From the NCBI GenBank assembly GCA_963733825.1, contig CAVTEK010000016.1:29791-93790 (forward strand): DNA of 64,000 nucleotides, in the 5' to 3' direction. Each line of letters begins with the position of its first letter. Position 1 is the first letter of the stretch. Below, piece by piece: positions 8,543 to 17,513 of this stretch. The translations under genes and the position numbers were made by a program. Source of the DNA: Pirellulales bacterium (GTDB taxonomy: Bacteria > Planctomycetota > Planctomycetia > Pirellulales > Lacipirellulaceae). Below the pieces are notes generated by a model. It did not search any database. It had not been told where the DNA came from and was given only the letters and a program-made list of their open reading frames with translations.

Positions 8543-10083
8543 GAATGGTGCGTAGTTCTTACGTAAGGTGTTGTGCTGAATTGGTATAGATGAAAAAGGC
8601 CTCTCTTGCGTAGATGGAGCTGTCACACACCCATCACCGGCAAGGAGGCCTCGCGATGTCGTTTTCTAACCAAGGACGGTTTCGCCAACAAGTGCGTTTT
8701 CTGCGGCGCCAGTTCCTGCAGGAGGGCGAGTTACAGTTCACTAATGTGTTGTCGGAAGGAACTGTAACGCATGCATTGAAAGCATTGAACGTCGTCTGGC
8801 TCGACCGAGTTTATTCGCCGCTGGTCACGCTGTGGATGTTCCTCGGGCAGGTGTTGAGTCAAGATCATTCTTGTCGCGCGGCGGTCGCACGTCTGATCGT
8901 TCATCGCGTCGCAGGCGGGCAGCGTCCTTGCTCAGCCGAAACCAGCGCTTATTGCCAAGCGAGAAAACGACTTCCGGAAGAGTTCTTTGCAGCAGTTGCC
9001 CGGAAGACGGGCCAAGCGTTGGATGAGAGTGCTCACGAACACTGGCTTTGGAAAGGTCGTCGCGTCCTGGCCTACGATGGCTCGACCGTCTCGATGCCTG
9101 ACACTGTGGAAAACCAACAAGCTTATCCGCAACCTCCGCAACAGGAGCCAGGCCTTGGCTTTCCACTGGCGCGGATCGCAGCTTTCTTTTCGCTCTCCTG
9201 TGGAGCCGTACTCGATCTTGCTATCTGCAGCAATTACGGTAAGGGTCACAGCGAATTGGGAATGCTGCGCCAGTTGTGGGGCGTCTTGCGTGCAGGCGAT
9301 ATCATGCTCGCCGACCGCTACATGTGTGCGTGGCACGAAATCCATCTGCTTAAGCAGCGTGGCATCGACACAGTCACTCGAGTCCATCATTGCCGCAGAG
9401 TCGACTTTCGGTGCGGTAAGCGGTTGGCCAAGGGCGATCATATTGTCGAGTGGTGTCGCCCCGGTCGCATTCGCTCGATCGACTGGCAAACCCTCAAATT
9501 ACTTCCCGAGCGACTCACGATCCGTGAAACGCGTGTCCGAATTCAGCAGCCCGGATTCCGCTGCCGAAGCATGATCGTTGTTTCAACGTTGTTGGATGCC
9601 GAGGCGGTGACTGCCCATGATCTGGCGGAACTCTACCGCGCCCGCTGGAACGCCGAACTCGACCTGCGGTCGCTCAAGCAAACCATGCAGATGGACATCT
9701 TGCGTTGCAAGACACCAGAACTCGTGCGCAAAGAGATCTGGACGCACATCCTGGCTTACAATCTCATCCGTACGATCATCGCACAGGCCGCCAACAAGCA
9801 CCGACTCGAACCCCGTACTGTCAGCTTCAAGGGAGCCGTTCAAATACTGGAAGCATTTCAACCGTTGATTGCCACGCAAGGGCACTGTAGCTCAACTCGC
9901 CGTCAACGACTCTACGATCAGCTGCTCGACGCTGTGGCGACGCATCGAGTCGCCGATCGACCAGATCGCTTCGAACCGCGACAGCGAAAACGCAGACAAA
10001 AGAAGTACGATCGAATGATGAAGCCAAGGAACCAACTCAAACGACAAATGCTGAAAGAAGTTAGGTAGAACTACGCACCATTC
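8543..10083 (+). mobile_element. IS4-family insertion sequence (1541 bp)
   Basis: 17-bp IRs GAATGGTGCGTAGTTCT (8543-8559) and AGAACTACGCACCATTC (10067-10083). 11-bp direct target duplication GACGGTTCGTC (8532-8542 and 10084-10094). Confidence 0.9.
8614..10068 (+). CDS. IS4-family DDE transposase
   Basis: 484-aa ORF filling the element. YRARWNAELDLRSLKQTMQMD matches the IS4 Y-x2-R-x3-E-x6-K signature region. Motifs AYDGSTVSMPD and MLADRYMC surround the catalytic D residues. Confidence 0.88.
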   Translation: MELSHTHHRQGGLAMSFSNQGRFRQQVRFLRRQFLQEGELQFTNVLSEGTVTHALKALNVVWLDRVYSPLVTLWMFLGQVLSQDHSCRAAVARLIVHRVAGGQRPCSAETSAYCQARKRLPEEFFAAVARKTGQALDESAHEHWLWKGRRVLAYDGSTVSMPDTVENQQAYPQPPQQEPGLGFPLARIAAFFSLSCGAVLDLAICSNYGKGHSELGMLRQLWGVLRAGDIMLADRYMCAWHEIHLLKQRGIDTVTRVHHCRRVDFRCGKRLAKGDHIVEWCRPGRIRSIDWQTLKLLPERLTIRETRVRIQQPGFRCRSMIVVSTLLDAEAVTAHDLAELYRARWNAELDLRSLKQTMQMDILRCKTPELVRKEIWTHILAYNLIRTIIAQAANKHRLEPRTVSFKGAVQILEAFQPLIATQGHCSSTRRQRLYDQLLDAVATHRVADRPDRFEPRQRKRRQKKYDRMMKPRNQLKRQMLKEVR

Positions 10084-10108
10084 GACGGTTCGTCATTGGT
10101 CACAAACC

Positions 10109-10390
10109 GTGAAGTGCTCTGAGTGTGGCGGGCAGATGAAAATCATCAGCTTCATTGAGCGCCGCCAACATGAGGTGATCGAGCGCAGTCTTCGCGGGCA
10201 CCAGAGCGGAGCGATGGTCGGCGGCCTGTGGGAAGGACCAGTCCGCACACTCGCCAGTCCCCGCGCGCCGCCGCGAGATCCTGACGCGGCGAGCGAACTG
10301 ATACTCGTGCCCGATGCCGAGTTTCTCGAGTCTGAGGGACTCGAAGCCCGGCGCGTTAGTCGGTCGGCCCGGCCGTGCGAGTTACAGTAA
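10109..10390 (+). pseudogene. Remnant of a transposase C-terminus (IS91/Y2-like zinc-ribbon tail), split from its upstream part by the IS4 insertion
   Basis: KCSECGGQMKIISFIERRQHEVIERSLRG...GLWEGP...SPRAPP resembles the CxxCGGxMxII..I....VIEKIL.H.GLW...RAPP tails of IS91-family transposases as I recall them. There is no intact upstream catalytic region. Confidence 0.35.
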
Positions 10391-10652
10391 GTTCTCGATC
10401 CAGAATATCTGTAGCTTCAGACTTCCTGTAGCTTTTTTGCCCGCCAACGCGCAAACCAAGGACGATGCGCGCGGCGATCGTTAGCTTTTGCCCGTCAACT
10501 CCTTCCGACGGCAAAAACCGGCAAAAACCGCCGCCCACAGTCGCCGTGACTACCCCGGCCTTGGAAACCGGCCCGCCGCAGCAATCGACAATGTAAGAAT
10601 TTGATGGACAACAGCGTCGAACCAAGGCTAAAATCAGCCTCGTGTGCGATTA

Positions 10653-10762
10653 AAATTCCTATCAGTGATCGGTTGTCTTACAACTATCGCGTTTTCTGGG
10701 TAATACTGGCGTGCAGCGAGGGCGTCCGGGCTTCGGGTCCGGGCGTGGCGGCGGCCGGCACG
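10653..10762 (+). repeat. Left copy of the direct repeat flanking the orphan gene (AT-rich box plus GC-rich segment)
   Basis: AATTCCTATCAGTGATCG (10654-10671), then CAGCGAGGGCGTCCGG (10714-10729), then CGGCGGCCGGCACG (10749-10762). The counterpart lies at 11687-11745. Confidence 0.6.
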
Positions 10763-10816
10763 CCTTCCTCGTCGGTTCGGGGCGGAACCGGCACGCTCCA
10801 CATTCAAGGGATCAAG

Positions 10817-11638
10817 ATGGCGGACAATTTCGGTTTCGCAAAGCTGACGAAGGAATATTTCGACAACGTTTTCAATAAGCTCGATCCGAACATGAAGACG
10901 GGCGACGCTAAGCCCTACAACGAGCTCTACAACCTGTTCTCGGTGCTCGAGGATGTCGAGGAACCGGCCTACGAGGAGATGCGCGGCCATCTCGCCTCGG
11001 CGGAGAAGACGATCAAGAAGTTCCTCGCCGACAAGACGGTCAAGGGAAAGCCGATCGAACCCGGGCTGAAGAAGCTCCTGACCAATGTGCAGAAGGTGGC
11101 GGCGGCCGTCGCCAAGGCGGAGAAGGACTACGAGAAATCCGGTGCGGCCGATGGCCTGATCGAGGTCGACATCAGCGTGAGCGCACGCGACTTCTACAAC
11201 AACACCGTGGGCGGGGCGAAGCTGGAACTCAGCGTGGATTCAAAGCCCAACAAGGTGAAGCTCAGCGAGATGACATCGCAGGGCAACGCCCGCTTCCGCG
11301 GCATCATGATCGAGCCCTCGGGCAACATCAATGTCGAGCTGACGCTCAAGCGCAAGGTGTTCCCCTCGCTGTCGCAGAACCTCGGCTACAAGAACATCAC
11401 CGGCAAGGTGCTCATCATCGAGGCGAGCGAGGAGGCGACGACGGTGGAGATGACGGCCTCCAGCGGCAAGAAGGTGGTCGACAAGAAGGGGATCAAGGGC
11501 GAGATCGGCGTCGACTACAAGATCTTCAGCGCCAAGGGCGAGGTGAGCTCGGAGCGCGAGCTCGAGGCATCGTTGGGCGAGGAGGTGAAATTCACCGTCT
11601 ATTCGCCGAAGGGCACGCTGATCCTCAAGCAGGGCTAG
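10817..11638 (+). CDS. Hypothetical protein, 273 aa, compositionally foreign (helical Lys/Glu-rich N-half, beta-rich C-half, no signal peptide)
   Basis: ATG 10817 preceded by aaggga. Strong codon periodicity with almost exclusive G/C-ending codons: Lys is AAG except two AAA, Ile is always ATC, Leu is CTC/CTG. The ORF-track start at 10601 is an unlikely upstream extension. Confidence 0.7.
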   Translation: MADNFGFAKLTKEYFDNVFNKLDPNMKTGDAKPYNELYNLFSVLEDVEEPAYEEMRGHLASAEKTIKKFLADKTVKGKPIEPGLKKLLTNVQKVAAAVAKAEKDYEKSGAADGLIEVDISVSARDFYNNTVGGAKLELSVDSKPNKVKLSEMTSQGNARFRGIMIEPSGNINVELTLKRKVFPSLSQNLGYKNITGKVLIIEASEEATTVEMTASSGKKVVDKKGIKGEIGVDYKIFSAKGEVSSERELEASLGEEVKFTVYSPKGTLILKQG

Positions 11639-11686
11639 AGGCGCCGGCGCAGGCGCGCCGGCGGGAAGGAATGACGAGAATTTTAT

Positions 11687-11745
11687 AATTCCTGTCAGTC
11701 ACGTGTTCGACGACCCCAGCGAGGGTCCGGCGGCGGCCAGGTGCG
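11687..11745 (+). repeat. Right (shortened) copy of the direct repeat flanking the orphan gene
   Basis: AATTCCTGTCAGTCACG (11687-11703; preceded by TATAAT), then CAGCGAGGGTCCGG (11717-11730), then CGGCGGCCAGGTGCG (11731-11745). Confidence 0.6.
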
Positions 11746-12512
11746 AAAGGTGGGCGTGTCCTGAGCGTGTAGATGGCTCGCGTAAACTCGCGTCGGTGCG
11801 GCACGCCGATGCACCGTCGTCTCGTAACGTGCCAACAAGTTGCATCTGCCGTCTGTTGGTCCCAATGGCGATTGAAGCGGTGTGCCGTCCGTCTTTTGAT
11901 TCGTCGAGTTTGTCGGCGGAGCCTTTGGCTTCGCCGTAGTTGCGGTGGAGGAGGGCAGCGTACCGTGAGAGCGTTTTGCCGGATGTCGCGGCGGCCAACA
12001 CGCCCGGGCGCGGGATTCACCGGACCGCTGGAAGCGTTCAAGGCAGTCTCAGAATGACCCGTTCTCCCATAGAACAATGCACCCTCACCCCAGCCCTCTC
12101 CCAGAGGTAGAGGGGGATTCAGCCGGATTTATTTGCGGTTGCAAGCGGCGGCGGAATCCTTAAACTGAGGAGTTTAAGCAGCGAGTATTGTTTTAGGTAG
12201 TAGTGAGGTCTGAGACCGCAAGACCGGCCAAACGGGCACCGCCCGCAGGGTAAGTTGCCGGTTTTGAGGTGCTACCGCACAGGTTGAAGGAGTTGGTGTC
12301 GGCTTTGGCAAATGGCCCGGTGGTGCGGGGTCGGGAGACCCGCGCACAACTACGGAGGAGCGCGGGGTGGTTTTTGACAATCGCCGCCCGCTGACTACGT
12401 GAAAGTTGTGCGCCGGTCTCCGGACCTGCATAGTCACCGGGGTGCGCAGCGCACCAGAGAGAGATGCGACGGATTGGTAATCCGTCCGACAAGAGTACCA
12501 GCGGGAACCGCG

Positions 12513-12782
12513 ATGACATTAACGAAAGAGCGGAAACAACAACTGAAGGGTGAATTTGGGCGCGGGACGTCCGACTCGGGCTCCCCGGAGATCCAGATTG
12601 CGCTGCTCACCAATCGCATCGCCCAGATGACCGACCATTTGAAATTGCATTCCAAGGATTACGCCAGCCGGCGTGGATTGTTGGGCATGGTCAGTCGGCG
12701 GCGCCGGTTGTTGGATTACGTGAAGCGGATCAATCCCGAGAAGTATCTCGATCTGTTGCAGCGTCTGGAGATTCGAAAGTAG
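12513..12782 (+). CDS. rpsO: 30S ribosomal protein S15
   Basis: 89 aa from ATG 12513: MTLTKERKQQL..SPEIQIALLTNRIAQMTDHLKLHSKDYASRRGLLGMVSRRRRLLDYV. The ORF-track start at 12399 is an upstream extension. Confidence 0.95.
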   Translation: MTLTKERKQQLKGEFGRGTSDSGSPEIQIALLTNRIAQMTDHLKLHSKDYASRRGLLGMVSRRRRLLDYVKRINPEKYLDLLQRLEIRK

Positions 12783-12804
12783 GTGCCGCGAGCAGAGCGG
12801 CACC
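12782..12804 (+). promoter_or_regulatory. Stem-loop overlapping the rpsO stop (rpsO 3' end / pnp leader structure)
   Basis: ggtgccgc gagcaga gcggcacc, an 8-bp perfect stem. Confidence 0.45.
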
Positions 12805-12845
12805 CGGCCCGCCTCGGCTCGGCGGACCTACTTGGCTCTGGCGCA

Positions 12846-12866
12846 GAGCGCGCACGCGCTTTTTCT
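12846..12866 (+). terminator. Terminator/attenuator-like hairpin between rpsO and pnp
   Basis: gagcgcg ca cgcgct followed by ttttt. Confidence 0.4.
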
Positions 12867-12933
12867 CAGCGCAACCGTTGCCGCGCACCGGCTGTTACGT
12901 GTGCTGTCGCGCAAAATCAAATGAAGGAAAAGA

Positions 12934-15057
12934 ATGTTAGAACGAACTGTAGTTGAACGGCAAATTGGCAAGAATAAATTGCGAATCGAAACGGGCGTGC
13001 TCGCGAAGCAGGCAGCGGGCGCATGCACGGTGCAATATGGCGAAACGGTGACACTCAGTGCCGTGGCATCGGGGCCGGCCCGGCAGGGGCTGGATTACTT
13101 CCCCTTGACCTGCGATTACCGCGAGCGGCAGGCGGCCGCCGGCAAGTTTCCCGGTGGGTTTCTCAAGCGCGAAGGTCGGCCGACCACCAAGGAAACGCTC
13201 ACCGCCCGGCTGATCGATCGGCCGATCCGGCCGATGTTTGCCGATGGTTACAACGACGAAGTGCAAGTGCTCAACTTTGTGCTGTCCAGCGATCGGCAGA
13301 CCGATGCCGACGTGTTGGCGATGAACGGAGCTTGTACGGCATTGGGACTCTCGCCGCTGCCGTTCCATGGCCCGCTGGCGGCGATTCGCATTGGTCTGGT
13401 CGATGGGAATTTCGTGCCGTTTCCGACGCACGATGAACTGGAGTCCAGCGAGCTGGACCTGATCATCTCCGGCACCCGCGACGCGGTGCTCATGATCGAA
13501 GGGTTTTCCAGAGAGTTGGCCGAAGACCGCATGCTGGAGGCGATCAGCGAGGCACATCGCTATGTGCGCGAGCTGTGCGATATGCAAGAGGAGCTGATCC
13601 GCAAGGTGGGCGTGAAAAAGATGGATTTCACGCCGCCGCCCAACGACGGGCTTTACGATCGGCTTCGCAACAGCTTCTACGATCGCCTCAAAGGGGCCAA
13701 GGGCACGCAGGGGAAACAGGCCCGTTCAGAAGCGGTGGCCCAGGTAAAATCCCAGGCATTGCTCGAAACAATTCCAAATGCCGCGGCCGAAGGCGCGACT
13801 TCACCGGAAGCCTTCCAGAAGGCGTGGCACGACTTGGAACAAAAGGTGGTGCGCGATGCGATTTTGAGCGGCACGCGGCCAGATGGTCGCGACGGCAAAA
13901 CGCTTCGGCCGATCTATTGCGAAGTCGATTTGTTGCCGCGCGTACACGGCTCGGCGTTGTTCCAACGCGGCGAGACGCAGGCGCTGGTCACGGTAACGCT
14001 GGGAACCGGCCGCGATGAACAGCGGGTTGACGGGCTGTTCGAAGAGTATTCGAAGCGGTTCATGTTGGACTACAATTTCCCGCCGTTCTCGGTGGGCGAA
14101 TGCCGGCCGATTCGCGGACCGGGCAGGCGCGAAATTGGTCACGGCATGTTGGCCGAGCGGAGCGTTAACCCCGTGCTGCCCGACCACGACGAGTTTCCGT
14201 ACACGATCCGCGTGATTTCCGATATTTTGGAATCGAACGGGTCGAGCTCGATGGCCAGCGTGTGCGGGGCGACATTGGGTTTGATGGCGGCCGGCGTGCC
14301 GATCACCAATCCGGTTGCCGGCATTTCCACCGGTCTCGTGAAGGAAGGCGACAAGTGGGTGCTCTTGACCGACATCATCGGCGACGAGGACCACTACGGC
14401 GACATGGATTTCAAGATCGCCGGCACGCAGAACGGGATCACGGGCATTCAACTCGATCTGAAGATCGCCGGCATCAGCGAGGAGATCGTCAAGGCAACGT
14501 TGGCCCAATCGCGCGAGGCCCGGATTGAAATTTTGCGGTCGATGCTTTCGACGATACCGCGGCCGCGGCCGAATACGTCGCCGACGGCGCCGCGAATGGC
14601 GCGGACCTCAATCGACCCGGAAAAGATTGGCCTGTTGATCGGGCCGGGCGGCAAGAATATTCGCGGTTTGCAGGAAGATTGCGGCGTGACGATCGACGTG
14701 GAAGAGGACGGCACCGTGACGATTGCCGGCGCCGACGAAGCTTCGGTGAAGCAAGCGTTGGGCCGGGTCGAGGCGATGACGGCTTCGGTGCAAGTCGGCC
14801 GGATTTACGAAGGGACCGTGACGAGCGTCAAGGATTTCGGTGCGTTTGTCGAAATCCTGCCAGGCAAAGATGGGCTGTGCCACATCAGCGAGCTGGCCGA
14901 GGAGTATGTCTCCAGCGTGGGCGACGTCTGCCGCGTGGGCGATGCGATGATGGTCAAGGTGATCGCCGTGGATGAGCAGGACCGCGTGAAGCTCAGCCGC
15001 AAGGCCGCCATGCGCGAAATGGCCACGGCGGACAGCGAAGGCAACGGCGCGCCGTAG
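12934..15057 (+). CDS. pnp: Polyribonucleotide nucleotidyltransferase (PNPase)
   Basis: 707 aa. Two RNase PH domains, a KH domain ([20 protein letters not shown]) and an S1 domain ([33 protein letters not shown]). Canonical position after rpsO. Confidence 0.97.
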   Translation: MLERTVVERQIGKNKLRIETGVLAKQAAGACTVQYGETVTLSAVASGPARQGLDYFPLTCDYRERQAAAGKFPGGFLKREGRPTTKETLTARLIDRPIRPMFADGYNDEVQVLNFVLSSDRQTDADVLAMNGACTALGLSPLPFHGPLAAIRIGLVDGNFVPFPTHDELESSELDLIISGTRDAVLMIEGFSRELAEDRMLEAISEAHRYVRELCDMQEELIRKVGVKKMDFTPPPNDGLYDRLRNSFYDRLKGAKGTQGKQARSEAVAQVKSQALLETIPNAAAEGATSPEAFQKAWHDLEQKVVRDAILSGTRPDGRDGKTLRPIYCEVDLLPRVHGSALFQRGETQALVTVTLGTGRDEQRVDGLFEEYSKRFMLDYNFPPFSVGECRPIRGPGRREIGHGMLAERSVNPVLPDHDEFPYTIRVISDILESNGSSSMASVCGATLGLMAAGVPITNPVAGISTGLVKEGDKWVLLTDIIGDEDHYGDMDFKIAGTQNGITGIQLDLKIAGISEEIVKATLAQSREARIEILRSMLSTIPRPRPNTSPTAPRMARTSIDPEKIGLLIGPGGKNIRGLQEDCGVTIDVEEDGTVTIAGADEASVKQALGRVEAMTASVQVGRIYEGTVTSVKDFGAFVEILPGKDGLCHISELAEEYVSSVGDVCRVGDAMMVKVIAVDEQDRVKLSRKAAMREMATADSEGNGAP

Positions 15058-15064
15058 TTAAAAA

Positions 15065-15145
15065 GACAAGGAGACGGGGAGAGGGGGAGATCAGGAGATT
15101 CAACTGGAACATCGAATCTCCTTGTCTCCTTGTCTCCTTGTCTCC
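15065..15145. repeat. Word hairpin after pnp: (CTCCTTGT)x3 right arm pairing with GACAAGGAGA..GGAGATTC left arm
   Basis: Left arm 15065-15101, 12-nt loop, right arm gaatctccttgtctccttgtctccttgtctcc (15114-15145). Starts 8 nt after the pnp stop. Confidence 0.75.
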
Positions 15146-15167
15146 GCTTCTAGTTTCCTTGTCTGAC

Positions 15168-15925
15168 ATGGTTAGTCGCCAAGCGAAAGCTGTGTCATCC
15201 GCGGACGACTCGGCCGCCACGGTCCAGCGGCTGATGGATCAGTACACGGAGATCGCCCGGCTGGCGGGCGGGCTTGCGCACGAGATCAAGAATCCGTTAT
15301 CGACGATCCGGCTCAATATGGAGCTATTGGCCGAGGACCTGGCCGATGCGGAAACGCCGGCGGGCCGGCGGTCGCTCAAGCGGGTGGAAGTCGTTCGCCG
15401 CGAGTGCCAGCGGCTGCAATCGCTGCTGGACGATTTCCTGAGCTTTGCCAAGGTGCGCCGGCTCCACCTGGAACCGACGGACCTGAACCATCAGATCGAC
15501 GACGTGCTCGATTTTTTGCGCCGGAGGCCAAGGAGGCGGGCGTCGAGATCGTTCGGTATCTCGACCCGGAATTGCCGCGCGTGATGCTCGACCGTGAGGC
15601 GTTTCGGCAAGCCCTCTTGAACCTGATCATCAACGCCAAGCAGGCAATGCCCGACGGCGGCCAGTTGGTCGTTCGTTCATCCGCCGAGGGCGATACGGTC
15701 GCGATCAACCTGATCGACACGGGTTGCGGCATGGACGACCACACGCTCTCGAAGATGTTCGAAGCATTCTTCTCGACCAAGCCCAGCGGCTCGGGTTTGG
15801 GATTGCCGACCACCGAAAAGATTATTGCAGCGCACGGCGGTCGGATCCGCGTTCAAAGCGAAGTTGGCCATGGTACTCAGATCACCATCGAGCTGCCGGT
15901 GCCGGCGAGACTTGCCGGGGATTAG
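15168..15925 (+). pseudogene. Soluble sensor histidine kinase (HisKA plus HATPase_c), frameshift in a T6 run at 15512-15517
   Basis: H-box GGLAHEIKNPLSTI in frame 1. After ..DDVLDF the protein continues in the next frame (FAPEAKEAGVEIVRYL..LLNLIINAKQA..DTGCGM..GSGLGL). Confidence 0.8.
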
Positions 15926-15991
15926 TGCACGTTAATATCGGCAATTGGTCGCCCCCTTTCGAGTTTCTGACGAGGGCCGTATCATCGATTC

Positions 15992-17392
15992 ATGCCGAAA
16001 CCTTCGACTGCCGCCAGCGCCGGACCGCCGATTCAAGTGCTCGTCGTCGATAACGACGCCGCGCACGCCGAGGCAATGGCTGACAGTTTGCGGAGCGTCG
16101 GGTTCGCGTGCACGGTAGCGCATGGCGGACAAGAAGCGATCTCGCTGCTCGAATCGAGCACGTTTGAAATCGTAGTGACGGACCTCAAGATGCCGGAAGT
16201 GGGCGGGCTGGAGGTGCTGGCCAAATGCAAGGAATTGCAGCCGGATGCGGAAGCGATTCTGGTGACCGGCCACGGCACGATCGAATCGGCTGTCGAGGCG
16301 ATGCAGCGCGGGGCGTTCAACTACCTGCTCAAGCCGCTGGATTTGAAGCAGCTTCGGGCCGTGGTGGAAAACGCGGCCCGCAGCCAGTATTTGCGGCGGG
16401 CGAATGCCGAGTTGCATCGCCGGCTGGATGAGCGGTTCGGCTTCGAGGGCGTCATCGGCAACAGCCCGCAAATGCACGATGTGGTGATGCGCTTGCAGCG
16501 GATCGCGCCCACGGATGCCACCGTGCTCATTCAGGGCGAGACGGGCACCGGCAAGGAGCTGGTGGCCAAAGCGATTCACCAGAACAGCCCGCGGAAGAAA
16601 CGGCCGTTCGTGCCGCTCAACTGCGCCGCATTGAGTGAGCATATTTTGGAAAGCGAACTGTTTGGGCACATTCGCGGGGCGTTCACCGATGCCTCGAGCG
16701 ATCGCCAGGGAAAGTTCGAATACGCCGACGGGGGTACGTTGTTTCTCGACGAAGTCGGCGACATGCCGATTCCCACGCAGATCAAGCTTCTGCGCGTGCT
16801 TGAAAACGGTGAAATTACGCGGGTCGGCTCCAATGAGCCGGTGAAAGTGAACGTGCGAATCCTGTCGGCGACCAACCGCGACTTGGAAAAGGCGATCGCC
16901 GAGGGAACATTTCGCGAAGACTTATACCATCGGCTCAAAGTGGTAACGATCGATTTGCCGCGGCTGGCCGACCGGCGCGAAGATATCCCGCTGCTCTTGG
17001 ACTACTTCGTCAAGGAACACTCCAAGCGTCATCAGAAGACGATTCGCGGCATCTCAACGGCTACGCGCAGGCGATTGCTGGTCTACGACTGGCCGGGCAA
17101 CGTGCGCCAGTTGCGGAATGTCATCGAGAGCATGGTTGTCGTCGATATCGACGAGGTGCTCGACCTCGACGACCTGCCTGCCGAGCTCGCACCGCCAAGC
17201 GGCGAGGCAGCTTCAACGGCAGGGAGTGACGGCCTCCACGAGCTTGTTGGCAAGCCGATGGCTGAGATCGAGTCGTTGTTCATCGCTGAAACGCTGAAGA
17301 TCACGGGCGGCAATCGGGAGGAAGCGGCGACGATGCTGGGGATCGGGGAGCGGACGTTGTATCGAAAGATTAAGGAGTATGGGCTGTCGTGA
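15992..17392 (+). CDS. Sigma54-dependent response regulator (NtrC family: REC, AAA+, Fis-type HTH)
   Basis: 466 aa. REC domain ([18 protein letters not shown]), Walker [15 protein letters not shown] loop, ESELFGH, C-terminal [21 protein letters not shown]. Confidence 0.92.
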   Translation: MPKPSTAASAGPPIQVLVVDNDAAHAEAMADSLRSVGFACTVAHGGQEAISLLESSTFEIVVTDLKMPEVGGLEVLAKCKELQPDAEAILVTGHGTIESAVEAMQRGAFNYLLKPLDLKQLRAVVENAARSQYLRRANAELHRRLDERFGFEGVIGNSPQMHDVVMRLQRIAPTDATVLIQGETGTGKELVAKAIHQNSPRKKRPFVPLNCAALSEHILESELFGHIRGAFTDASSDRQGKFEYADGGTLFLDEVGDMPIPTQIKLLRVLENGEITRVGSNEPVKVNVRILSATNRDLEKAIAEGTFREDLYHRLKVVTIDLPRLADRREDIPLLLDYFVKEHSKRHQKTIRGISTATRRRLLVYDWPGNVRQLRNVIESMVVVDIDEVLDLDDLPAELAPPSGEAASTAGSDGLHELVGKPMAEIESLFIAETLKITGGNREEAATMLGIGERTLYRKIKEYGLS

Positions 17393-17402
17393 CTTCAAAC
17401 GG

Positions 17403-17494
17403 ATTTGTCATTGCAAATTTGTCATTTGTCATTGGCCATTTCCGATATGACAAATTGCAAATGACAAATGACAAGTGACAAATTGCTTTTTCTT
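17403..17494 (+). terminator. Word hairpin of TTTGTCA/TGACAAA heptamers followed by a T-tract
   Basis: atttgtcattgcaaatttgtcatttgtcatt (17403-17433), then atgacaaattgcaaatgacaaatgacaagtgacaaattgc (17447-17486), then tttttctt. Confidence 0.6.
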
Positions 17495-17513
17495 GCTTCG
17501 CTCTATCGAATCC

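Noticed and set aside
10601-10816. Upstream extensions of ORFs chosen by the ORF track (10601 for the orphan gene; also 12399 rpsO, 22659 aroK, 26847 hisA, 41162 ygeY-like, 54662 response regulator, 55847 ComEA-like)
   Set aside because: The family N-termini and RBS-like sequences align with internal ATG codons. The extensions are low-complexity and overlap intergenic repeats.
12170-12512. Possible SRP/RNase P/tmRNA gene upstream of rpsO
   Set aside because: The conserved cores (e.g. GGAAAGUCCGGGC for RNase P, a tRNA-like 3' end for tmRNA, the GGAAGCAGCC-type SRP domain IV) are not present on either strand by eye. It is left as a low-priority check, not a call.
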